Shown here: positions 53,430-60,789 of the stretch, piece after piece
How the letters are laid out: the number at the start of each line of letters is the position of its first letter
How positions within the stretch are numbered: the stretch's first letter is position 1
Virus record (IMG/VR): IMGVR_UViG_3300009826_000001
Location: 64,001-127,488 of that record
Strand: one strand, 5' to 3'
DNA: 63,488 nucleotides
From: a virus
Lineage: Duplodnaviria; Heunggongvirae; Uroviricota; Caudoviricetes
Made by a program: the position numbers and the translations under genes
Notes under the pieces: model-generated
Database searches by the model: none
Seen by the model: the letters and a program-made list of their open reading frames with translations, nothing else
What the model was told of the DNA's origin: nothing

Positions 53430-54026
53430 TTAGGCGTGTTGTGCGGGCTTGGGCATCTCCCGCGCGACCGGACGAGCCGCGCGCTTGCGCGGCTTCTCCT
53501 CGACCGCCTCGGCAACCTCGGCGATGTCAATGCCGTCGAGTGGTTCCCTGGCTTTCCCGACGCTGTTGATCGGCAGACCCGCTTGCCTGGCGACGGCCTG
53601 GGCGGCGACCCCGAACGCGAACGCACAGCCCAGGTTCTCGGCCTTTTCCTCGACTGAGGCGCCGGGACGTTCGGCCGCGCGCTGGTAGCGGTCCTCTTTG
53701 GAGAGGAACTGCTTGTGCAGCCGGATGAGCTCGGGCGACATCCTGCGCAGCAGCATCTTGCAGCCCTGATGCCCACAGCTCTCGTGCTCAGGGACGGCGA
53801 GCAGCAGCGTCTCGCGCACGATGCGGCCGCCGCCATACGACGTGGTGGCGCGTATGCGGTGAACCTTGTGCGGCGTGTCACCAGCGCCTTTGATCTGGAT
53901 CGGGTGGGTGCCCAGGCACCGCTTGCTCACTGTTGCGTCGTGCATGTTGTTCTCACTTTCTGGTTGGGGTTTGGCCGCCCGGATCTGGGTGAACCATTCT
54001 TGCGGGAGGGTGACGTAATCGGTCAT
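53430..54026 (-). CDS. Hypothetical protein (alternative start 53945)
   Basis: ATGA overlap at 54026; second SD-supported ATG at 53945. Confidence 0.55.
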   Translation of the reverse strand: MTDYVTLPQEWFTQIRAAKPQPESENNMHDATVSKRCLGTHPIQIKGAGDTPHKVHRIRATTSYGGGRIVRETLLLAVPEHESCGHQGCKMLLRRMSPELIRLHKQFLSKEDRYQRAAERPGASVEEKAENLGCAFAFGVAAQAVARQAGLPINSVGKAREPLDGIDIAEVAEAVEEKPRKRAARPVAREMPKPAQHA

Positions 54027-54355
54027 CGACGCCGTCCTCGTGTGATCGGGGTGACGCGAGCGCGGTGACCGTTGGTCCAGACCGGCTCGCCGCGGACGAC
54101 GAAGATGTGCTCGCCGGCGCGCACGATGTCGCACTCACAGCCGGGGTCGCCCATCGTGCACTGGTGATTGACGACGTAGATCGCGGCTGGCTCGCTGGCG
54201 TCGGGGATGGTCTTGAACCGCGCCATGCAGTTCTCGAAACCGACCTTGTCCTCGAAGGCGAAGCCACCCAGGTCGTAGCAGGATTCATTGACGTCGAGAA
54301 TGATCTCTCGCCACACGGGGTGGTCAACGACCGGCTTTGTTTTTGTTGCTGGCAT
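54023..54355 (-). CDS. Hypothetical protein, first gene after promoter copy 7
   Basis: SD AAGGAG; HQCTMGDPGCEC. Confidence 0.6.
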   Translation of the reverse strand: MPATKTKPVVDHPVWREIILDVNESCYDLGGFAFEDKVGFENCMARFKTIPDASEPAAIYVVNHQCTMGDPGCECDIVRAGEHIFVVRGEPVWTNGHRARVTPITRGRRR

Positions 54356-54430
54356 TGCTTTCTCCTTCCCGAAATTCGGGTGATTTGTTGTGGGATTTGA
54401 AGGTCTTCGATTTCTCAACCTTCAACTACT

Positions 54431-54459
54431 ATTCTACCCTATTTGGACGCTTATGTCAA
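54431..54459 (-). promoter_or_regulatory. SigA-type promoter, copy 7
   Basis: TTGACA-N17-TAGAAT; leader hairpin 54397-54425. Confidence 0.85.
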
Positions 54460-54474
54460 GTCTTTTAAAGTCCT

Positions 54475-54557
54475 GGGGTGGTCAAACGTGGGGTGGTCAA
54501 CGACGGGTACACGCAAAAAATTTTGGCGGCAGCGCATGAATCGTGCCCGGATCTGGG
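54475..54557. repeat. Upstream cassette: 2x GGGGTGGTCAA, A6T4 tract, CAGCGCATGAA, CCCGGATCTGGG
   Basis: Near-identical to 56824-56921; partial copy at 51156-51206. Confidence 0.85.
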
Positions 54558-54570
54558 TGAACCAGGGCAA

Positions 54571-54606
54571 CAAAAAACCCCGCGGCTTGCGCTGCGGGGT
54601 TTTTTG
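54571..54606. terminator. Bidirectional intrinsic terminator
   Basis: AAAAAACCCCGC...GCGGGGTTTTTT. Confidence 0.85.
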
Positions 54607-54618
54607 TTTCGTCGCCGG

Positions 54619-54777
54619 CTACTCGTAGCCGGCCATGTGGCGTTCATAGCTGGCCACTTCGGCGGCGGCCTTTTCCTCCTTCATCTCGGCGATCTCGTGC
54701 TCCAACTTCTCTACCCGCTCACGCAACCGGCAGAACTCGATCGTGAGCTGCGCCAGGAGCTCCTTGTTGGTGCTCAT
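54619..54777 (-). CDS. Small coiled-coil protein
   Basis: MSTNKELLAQLTIEFCRLRERVEKLEHEI; SD AAGGCG. Confidence 0.5.
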   Translation of the reverse strand: MSTNKELLAQLTIEFCRLRERVEKLEHEIAEMKEEKAAAEVASYERHMAGYE

Positions 54778-54782
54778 GCGAC

Positions 54783-55040
54783 TCACGCCTTCCGGTATTC
54801 GTCGCGGAGCACCGGGTTGACGTCGGGCACATACGAGACGACGATCCTCGTCTCGATCCGGTAACCCTTGGGGCAGTGCTCTGACATGTGCGCAACGGCG
54901 TTGCGCAGGTGCAGCGCGTTGGCCCGCTGGCGGTCGCGCACGTGGGTGAATCCCTCGCGCGCTGCCCGGTCGGCCTCGCAGTCGAACGCCACCGACGTGT
55001 CCTGTGCGCTGACGGTGAACGAGTAGTCGTCCATGGTCAT
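54783..55040 (-). CDS. Hypothetical protein
   Basis: SD AAGGAG. Confidence 0.55.
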   Translation of the reverse strand: MTMDDYSFTVSAQDTSVAFDCEADRAAREGFTHVRDRQRANALHLRNAVAHMSEHCPKGYRIETRIVVSYVPDVNPVLRDEYRKA

Positions 55041-55042
55041 TT

Positions 55043-55192
55043 TCAGTTCTCCTTCTGGTATTCGATCAGTGCGTGCTCGCTGGCGCGACGATGCTGCGCC
55101 AGCCGTTCACCCAGCTCGCCGATGATCTCGTCGGCGAGCTGGGTGCCAGTCATTCCACTGCGGTCGACACCGCCCAGAATGATTTGGGTCAT
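55043..55192 (-). CDS. Small hypothetical protein
   Basis: SD GGAG; ATGA overlap. Confidence 0.4.
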   Translation of the reverse strand: MTQIILGGVDRSGMTGTQLADEIIGELGERLAQHRRASEHALIEYQKEN

Positions 55193-55281
55193 CGGCTTCT
55201 CCACTCCAGGTACTTCTGGAGTCCGACCACAAGCCACGCCGGCCACGCGATCGCGGCGGCGAGCTCGAGCAGGGTGGTCAT
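55189..55281 (-). CDS. 30-aa TM peptide
   Basis: MTTLLELAAAIAWPAWLVVGL; ATGA overlaps at both ends. Confidence 0.35.
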   Translation of the reverse strand: MTTLLELAAAIAWPAWLVVGLQKYLEWRSR

Positions 55282-55715
55282 GCGTCGGCGTCCAGGAACC
55301 TGGTGCTGGGCACCGGCACCGCAATGCTGACGACATCGCTGAGATACAGGTTGTGCACGAATCCCCAGCGGTGCAATCGCAGGTACGACGACGTCGGCGG
55401 GTTGACGGTGACCGACTCGATCATGGCCGCGTCCACGGTCTGCTCGACCGAGTTCTCCCGCACGTAGCGGCTCAGCCGGGTGTTGAAGGTGATGATCACC
55501 GGCAGCTGCGAGCCGATGGCGTTGACGACGACGCGCCAGGTGTCCGCGTCGAGCCGCGGCTCGGTGGCGCACAGCGAGTTGGCCAGCGTCAGCCGGCCCA
55601 TCCAGTCGTTGCACTGGGCCTTGATCGTGCGCTTGGTGATGGCCTGCTCGAAGGTCACGCCATGCGTGTGACCATCGGGCCGGTGGGTGCCGCAAACTGC
55701 GCAATCTCTAATCAT
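55278..55715 (-). CDS. Hypothetical protein
   Basis: SD GAAAGGA. Confidence 0.55.
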   Translation of the reverse strand: MIRDCAVCGTHRPDGHTHGVTFEQAITKRTIKAQCNDWMGRLTLANSLCATEPRLDADTWRVVVNAIGSQLPVIITFNTRLSRYVRENSVEQTVDAAMIESVTVNPPTSSYLRLHRWGFVHNLYLSDVVSIAVPVPSTRFLDADA

Positions 55716-55770
55716 CGTTCTCGATTCCTTTCGTTGTTTCCCGAATTTCGGGGTTACCCGGATCTGGGTA

Positions 55771-56073
55771 TCAGTCGGTGATCTTGACGTCGGCGGAGTT
55801 GACGTCGGGCGCGGCGTCGTACCAGCCCCTGAAACGCTCCCGTTCCAGGCGCTCATTGGCCGCGATGACGTCATGCGCGTAATCGCCGAGCCGGTTGAGC
55901 GCGGCCAGCATGTCGCCGGCCTCGATCGCGGACACGATCCAGGCCGCAGCCAGGTAGCGTCCCTGCGCGTGGCCCAGCAGTGCGAGCCGCTCGGCCACCG
56001 TGTCCACGGTGTTGCCACCATCGCCGGCCAGGATGGACACGACGGCCTTGCGCTTGACGGTGTTGATGTTCAT
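55771..56073 (-). CDS. Hypothetical protein
   Basis: SD GAAAGGAAAG. Confidence 0.55.
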   Translation of the reverse strand: MNINTVKRKAVVSILAGDGGNTVDTVAERLALLGHAQGRYLAAAWIVSAIEAGDMLAALNRLGDYAHDVIAANERLERERFRGWYDAAPDVNSADVKITD

Positions 56074-56307
56074 CTACTTTCCTTTCTCCGTGTATTCCTT
56101 GACGTAGTTGGCGTGCTTGAGCTCGGCCTCGAGCTTCTCGACCCGGTAGCGGTCCTTGCGCAGCACCCGCTCGTAGCCGGGCTGCGCCTGGTGGCGTGGG
56201 TTGGATTCCATGTCGGCGAGTACCTCACGCGCCCGCTCGAGCTCACGCTCGATGCGCTCGATGCGGGCCTCGTGCAGCACCGCAGTGATGTCGACAAGAT
56301 GTTTCAC
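56074..56307 (-). CDS. Coiled-coil protein
   Basis: SD AGGAG. Confidence 0.55.
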   Translation of the reverse strand: MKHLVDITAVLHEARIERIERELERAREVLADMESNPRHQAQPGYERVLRKDRYRVEKLEAELKHANYVKEYTEKGK

Positions 56308-56335
56308 GGCATTCTCCTGTTCTTGTGGGGTGGTT

Positions 56336-56671
56336 TTAGATGACGACGGACTCAGGGCTGTATTTCTCGAGGGCCTCGTCGCTGTGGTCGGCGCACAGCC
56401 ACTCGTGGCGGACGTTCTTCTCGTTCCTGACTGGACCGCTGGTCATCTCGACGTCCCGGCAGCCGCAGTCGCGGACGCTGACCACGAGCTGCAAGTCCTG
56501 CGGAACGCCGTGACCGATCTCGGATTCCTTGAGCCAGAACACGCGTCGGGTGGCGAACTGCTCCAGCTGCTCGATGCGGAAACCCGAAATTCGGGAAGCC
56601 AGCTCGATCGCGGCCGCGTCGTTGTCGTGCTCGGGCTGGCCGGTTCCGGCCGGCGTGGAATTGGCGTGCAT
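56336..56671 (-). CDS. Hypothetical protein, first gene after promoter copy 8
   Basis: SD AAAGGAG. Confidence 0.55.
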   Translation of the reverse strand: MHANSTPAGTGQPEHDNDAAAIELASRISGFRIEQLEQFATRRVFWLKESEIGHGVPQDLQLVVSVRDCGCRDVEMTSGPVRNEKNVRHEWLCADHSDEALEKYSPESVVI

Positions 56672-56731
56672 CAATAACTCCTTTGTTTTGTGGGATTTGA
56701 AGGGACTTCGATTTCTCAACCTTCAACTACC

Positions 56732-56760
56732 ATTCTACTCGCAAAAGGCGCTTAAGTCAA
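56732..56760 (-). promoter_or_regulatory. SigA-type promoter, copy 8
   Basis: TTGACT-N17-TAGAAT; leader hairpin 56697-56726. Confidence 0.85.
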
Positions 56761-56823
56761 GTGTTTTAAAGTCTGGCGACGAGCTGGGTTGGAGCGCTGT
56801 AATTTCGCTGTTCAGCGCCTGCT

Positions 56824-56921
56824 GGGGTGGTCAACGCGGGGTGGTCAACGCGGGGTGGTCAACGTGCGGTACACGCAAAAAAATTTTGCGCGGCAGCGCA
56901 TGAATCGTGCCCGGATCTGGG
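56824..56921. repeat. Upstream cassette: 3 tandem 14-bp GGGGTGGTCAACG(C) repeats, A7T4 tract, CAGCGCATGAA, CCCGGATCTGGG
   Basis: Boxes at 56824, 56838, 56852; matches 54475-54557. Confidence 0.85.
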
Positions 56922-56930
56922 TGACGCCAA

Positions 56931-56966
56931 CAAAAAACCCCGCGACCGAAGCCGCGGGGTTTTTTG
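56931..56966. terminator. Bidirectional intrinsic terminator
   Basis: AAAAAACCCCGCG...CGCGGGGTTTTTT. Confidence 0.85.
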
Positions 56967-56974
56967 GTTGACGA

Positions 56975-57238
56975 TCAGCGCACGTTGCGAGCGCGCTGCT
57001 GCTTGTACTCCTTGCTCTCGGTGACCAGCTTGTGGCCGGTGTAGCGGTCCACATCGTCGGGCATCCCCGACTCGTACCAGGCGCTGAGGTTCGCGCCCTC
57101 GCGCTCCCGGCGCGCCTTGCGCGCGGCGTATGCGGCCGCCTCACGCGCCTGGTCGGCCTCACGGCGCGCGATCGTCGCGGCCGTGATCTGCGCTTGCGTG
57201 GCCCCGATCTTGGCCAGCATGTCCTTCGGTGTTGTCAT
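56975..57238 (-). CDS. Ala/Arg-rich hypothetical protein
   Basis: SD AAAGGAG. Confidence 0.55.
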   Translation of the reverse strand: MTTPKDMLAKIGATQAQITAATIARREADQAREAAAYAARKARREREGANLSAWYESGMPDDVDRYTGHKLVTESKEYKQQRARNVR

Positions 57239-57251
57239 CCTGTTCTCCTTT

Positions 57252-57689
57252 TCAGCGGATCTCGTTGGCGTGCATCATCGCCGCCTCGGCCTCGTTGGCG
57301 TCGGCGTCCTCGTCGTACTCGGGGTTGCTGAAGTGCAGCGTCGTCTCCTCGATCGCCGGCGCCCAGGTCTGACTGAAGCGCCACGCTTCGGCTTCCTCCT
57401 GGCTGGTCGTGACCTTGCAGATCGACTGCGGGTTGTACTCGTCCTCACTGCCCGACGTCAGCACCCACGCCCGATAGGTCGCGCCGACAATGGTCGCGGT
57501 CGGGACATTCTCGATCGCCCACAGCGTGTCGTGGTGATCGCCGTAGTCGTCGCTGTAGCTGTAGTCCACCTTCCAGCGCGGCTCATGCTCGGTGACGGAC
57601 TCGACGGCGCCCACCACATCGCCCAGCTGGATGAGATCGCCGGGGCTCAGGTTGGACGGGTGGGTGTAGCTGTTGATTATTCGGATCAC
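57252..57689 (-). CDS. Hypothetical protein (KOW-like LSPGDLI)
   Basis: SD GAAAGGAA before GTG 57689. Confidence 0.6.
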   Translation of the reverse strand: MIRIINSYTHPSNLSPGDLIQLGDVVGAVESVTEHEPRWKVDYSYSDDYGDHHDTLWAIENVPTATIVGATYRAWVLTSGSEDEYNPQSICKVTTSQEEAEAWRFSQTWAPAIEETTLHFSNPEYDEDADANEAEAAMMHANEIR

Positions 57690-57735
57690 TGCAGTTCCTT
57701 TCAATGGATGGTTGTCGCCGTTCCCGAATTTCGGG

Positions 57736-57855
57736 GCCGGAGGGTTGGTCGGCAGCCGGAGGGTCCGGTGCTGCCGGAGGGTTCGATCGCCAAGGAGGGT
57801 CACTCTCACAAGGAGGGTCATACCGCCAAGGAGGGTCACACTGCCGGAGGGTCAC
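57736..57855. repeat. Seven GGAGGGT cores at 16-19 nt period with variable spacers
   Basis: Cores at 57739, 57758, 57776, 57794, 57812, 57830, 57846. Confidence 0.85.
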
Positions 57856-58196
57856 ATATCCGCCAGTCGGCGCAGCGCCTCGCCATGCTGCTCGGTCACG
57901 CGCTTGAGCGCCGCTTTGAACACCTCCTCTCGCGTGTACCAGTTGAACGGGTCGGCCGCGATCTGCTCGGCCCGCTCGAACAGCTGCGGCACGGTCACAT
58001 TGAGCTTGCGTGCGATGTCGGCCAGCATGATCCCGCTGGCCTCGCGCACGCCGCTCTCGACGTTGCCCAGATGCGAGTTGGAGATCACCGACCGCAGATC
58101 ATCGCGAGACAGCCCGCGCTCCATGCGGATCGCCTGGATCGCACGCCCCATTGCCTGACGGCGACGCTGCTCGTCGGCCACCCATTGCACGGTCAT
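57852..58196 (-). CDS. XRE-family HTH regulator
   Basis: AIQAIRMERGLSRDDL..VISNSHLGNVESGVREAS..ML.DIA..LNV. Confidence 0.85.
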   Translation of the reverse strand: MTVQWVADEQRRRQAMGRAIQAIRMERGLSRDDLRSVISNSHLGNVESGVREASGIMLADIARKLNVTVPQLFERAEQIAADPFNWYTREEVFKAALKRVTEQHGEALRRLADM

Positions 58197-58615
58197 GCGG
58201 TCACCCGGTAACGGGCGGCGTGGTGAACTGTGGTCATCGGGCCGGCCAGCACGCGCTCGCCGCGCTCGTTGCGCGCCCACTTGGTGCGCTCGTCGGTCCG
58301 CACGCACGGCTGGTGCGCCAGCACATTGCATCGCGGGCACGGCCGCGCCGCGGCTGCGGCGAAGTCCGGGTTAGTCGCCATCAGCTGCACGCGCGCCTCG
58401 TTGGCGCAGCACGGCCGACCACAGCTCTCGCCCAGCGGGCGCAGCACCTGGACCTGCTTGCCACGCACGCCGCACGTGCGCGGGTTGTCCTCGACCACGA
58501 CCAGCGTGTGGCTGCAATAGATGACCGCGCCCGGCGCGGCCTCCGGGTCGATGATCGGATTGCCGATCTGCATGCACCGCTCGCTGGCGATGACCCAATC
58601 ACTTTTCTTTGCCAT
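58193..58615 (-). CDS. Cys-rich protein with C-terminal Zn finger
   Basis: RPCPRCNVLAHQPC; SD AGGAG. Confidence 0.55.
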   Translation of the reverse strand: MAKKSDWVIASERCMQIGNPIIDPEAAPGAVIYCSHTLVVVEDNPRTCGVRGKQVQVLRPLGESCGRPCCANEARVQLMATNPDFAAAAARPCPRCNVLAHQPCVRTDERTKWARNERGERVLAGPMTTVHHAARYRVTA

Positions 58616-58638
58616 GTTCATTCTCCTAACTGGTTGTT

Positions 58639-58920
58639 TTATTTGCTGACGTTGAACTGCTTGCGCAGCCAGATGATCGACGAGCCGCTCACTGCGCCCG
58701 TGCGCTCGGCCCACGCGATGCGCGCCGCTTGACTGTCACCGTGCGCCTCGATCTGCTCGCGCACCTGCTTGCGTAGCCAGCCCGCGACTCCGCTGGTGAC
58801 AACGCCTTCGTACTCCGCGTCGGCGATCGACGACTCGAGGATGTCGTCGCGGTCGTTGTGCGCCGCCATGTGGATGATCCGCAACAACACCTCGTCGCGG
58901 CTGATCTGTGGTCTTGCCAT
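58639..58920 (-). CDS. Hypothetical protein
   Basis: SD AAAGGAA. Confidence 0.55.
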   Translation of the reverse strand: MARPQISRDEVLLRIIHMAAHNDRDDILESSIADAEYEGVVTSGVAGWLRKQVREQIEAHGDSQAARIAWAERTGAVSGSSIIWLRKQFNVSK

Positions 58921-58983
58921 TTCGTTCCTTTACGGGTTGTGCCCCGCGCTCCCCGAATTTCGGGAAGCGCGGGGCTGAATTGG

Positions 58984-59094
58984 TCAGTCGTTGATGATGA
59001 GCACTGGTGGCAACGGCGCCATCCAGACGATGCCGACGCCGGCGATGCAACCGCAGATCCACGGCCAGCGCGTCGTCCAGTCGATGCTTGGCAT
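58984..59094 (-). CDS. 36-aa TM peptide, first gene after promoter copy 9
   Basis: MPSIDWTTRWPWICGCIAGVGIVWMAP...; SD GGAAGGAG. Confidence 0.5.
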   Translation of the reverse strand: MPSIDWTTRWPWICGCIAGVGIVWMAPLPPVLIIND

Positions 59095-59137
59095 GTCGTT
59101 CTCCTTCCTTGTTCGTTTTCTCAACCTTTCAACTACC

Positions 59138-59166
59138 ATTATATAGCAAACCTATACTTATGTCAA
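59138..59166 (-). promoter_or_regulatory. SigA-type promoter, copy 9
   Basis: TTGACA-N17-TATAAT followed by GGTAGTTGAAAGGTTGAGAAA. Confidence 0.9.
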
Positions 59167-59476
59167 GTGATGTTAAGTATGCTGCAGCGTATCTCTGCAC
59201 GCCGTTTCCCGAATTTCGGGAACCGACTGCCGAAAAACATTTCGTTTCGTAAAAACATTTGTGCGTTTGTCGAACAAATCGACAACGCATGAATTTCACC
59301 CAGAACCGGGTGGGACGCATGACACGATCCCGATCCCGCGGCGCGGCGCGCGCGCGCGGTGGCGGCGCGGCGTGGGGACCGGGAGCCTTGGCCTGCGCGA
59401 AAAAGCCCGGTCCCGTTTCCCCCCGAATTTCGGGGCGGGGGCCGGGCTTCCCGAAATTCGGGAAATCCGAGCGCTG

Positions 59477-59510
59477 AAAAAGCCCCGCCGCTGGATGCGG
59501 CGGGGCTTTT
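59477..59510. terminator. Intrinsic terminator (bidirectional-looking)
   Basis: AAAAAGCCCCGCCGC-N4-GCGGCGGGGCTTTT. Confidence 0.85.
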
Positions 59511-59518
59511 GTCAGTGA

Positions 59519-60277
59519 CTAGGCGCTGGCCTTGGCCTTGGTCGCCCGGCTCGTGCGAGTCGCGGCGGTCTTTTGGACCTTGGTGATCTCGCCCTTGCTC
59601 TCGCGCATGGCGTTGACCATGTTCAGCGCTTCGGCCAAGGTCAACGCGTACTTGGCACGCTCTGCCTTGGTCATATCGGCGATGTTGTCATTGGCCTTGG
59701 TGGTCGCGGAAATCGCCTGGTCAAGCGACTTCTTGGCCTTGGCCTTGACGTCGGTGGTCCCGCCGGTGGTCCGTTGCTTGCGCGGCGGAGCGGCGGCGGC
59801 CACGATTTCGTCGGAGGTCAACTCTTTGCCCTCGCTGGCAGCCTGGGCTTTTGCTGCCTTGATTCGCTTGTTCACCTCATAGACCGAGCTGGCAGGCATC
59901 CCGGACGCTTCCATCGCTTCCGCATAGCCTTTGCCCAAGTCAAGAGTGATTCCGGCGATGGCCTTACGAACAATGTCAGTGTTCTCTACCTCAAACGCTG
60001 CCATCTGGTACGCAAGGAACTTTGACCAGCTACCGAATGTCTTGCCATTGCTGTCCTTTGCGAATCGCCAGACTTCCGCGACCTTGCCCGACTCAACGTC
60101 GGTCACCTTGCGGTTGACCTGGTAGAAACCCGCCGCAAGAGTCTTGACGGACTTGCCAGTCCCGACCATCGCCCGACCGAAGATCGTGACGCTGTTCACG
60201 ATGGCCTTGGCATCTGCAAAGACTGCCTCGCCCGCCGCGGCCGCGGCGGCGTTCTCAATTGCCTTGTTCTCAGACAC
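59519..60277 (-). CDS. Ala/Lys-rich probable DNA-binding protein (HTH); paralog of 52345-53238
   Basis: EVWRFAKDSNGK...FLA and LDLGKGYAEAMEASGMPASSVYEV. Confidence 0.65.
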   Translation of the reverse strand: MSENKAIENAAAAAAGEAVFADAKAIVNSVTIFGRAMVGTGKSVKTLAAGFYQVNRKVTDVESGKVAEVWRFAKDSNGKTFGSWSKFLAYQMAAFEVENTDIVRKAIAGITLDLGKGYAEAMEASGMPASSVYEVNKRIKAAKAQAASEGKELTSDEIVAAAAPPRKQRTTGGTTDVKAKAKKSLDQAISATTKANDNIADMTKAERAKYALTLAEALNMVNAMRESKGEITKVQKTAATRTSRATKAKASA

Positions 60278-60393
60278 TTCAATCTCTTTTCTTTGTGTTG
60301 GTTGTCGGTATCAGGTGATCCCGACATATCCGATAGATCGTGTCTAGCGTGCAATGTCAACCCTCTATTGTGCGAGGTCTCTACCAGCGGTTA

Positions 60394-60537
60394 TGGGAGC
60401 GCTCCCACGATCCCGAAATTCGGGGAGCAAAATCGCGCAATTCTGCACGATCGGCCCGCCAGCGAGCGCTCGCTGGCGACGCCAATCGGCGACCGGGTAG
60501 GCCATGCGAATCTTCAGCGCCGCCGCCGGCGGCGCTG
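60394..60537. repeat. Palindrome cluster: 14-bp and 22-bp perfect palindromes plus a 10-bp-stem hairpin
   Basis: TGGGAGCGCTCCCA 60394-60407; CGCCAGCGAGCGCTCGCTGGCG 60457-60478; CAGCGCCGCC-gcc-GGCGGCGCTG 60515-60537. Confidence 0.85.
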
Positions 60538-60789
60538 GCCGAAGGCCGCCAAATGTATCCCCGCCGGTTCTTGTGCGTTTTCGATGCGTTTTGCCCAAAT
60601 ACGGTGTCATCGGCCTGGATCAGCCCCGATTCGCCCCGATTCGCGCGGATTCGATGGGACTTCCAGCAGCTAACAGGGCCGCGGTTGTCTGGCACCGTGA
60701 ATTTTGAGCCTTCGCCCAGCTCGGTATCAAGCCGGTTGACACCGGCAGCAAATGTCTAGTGCGGCCTAGACGAGTCCGTCAACCACGCA

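Noticed and set aside
33290-56726. ORFs beginning MKVEK(S/Y) (32981-33304, 46956-47309, 56352-56726)
   Set aside because: The TTG AAG GTT GAG AAA start is the conserved promoter leader and has no SD. Each locus has a downstream SD-supported start.
2434-58211. Long antisense ORFs in the track (e.g. 2434-3834, 26838-27917, 32035-33147, 40207-41511, 52342-53433, 57117-58211)
   Set aside because: Shadow frames of real high-GC genes: no SD, atypical composition, no motifs.
60325-60360. Tenth copy of the promoter cassette upstream of 60277
   Set aside because: TTGACA is present, but there is no consensus -10 at 16-18 nt and no conserved leader.
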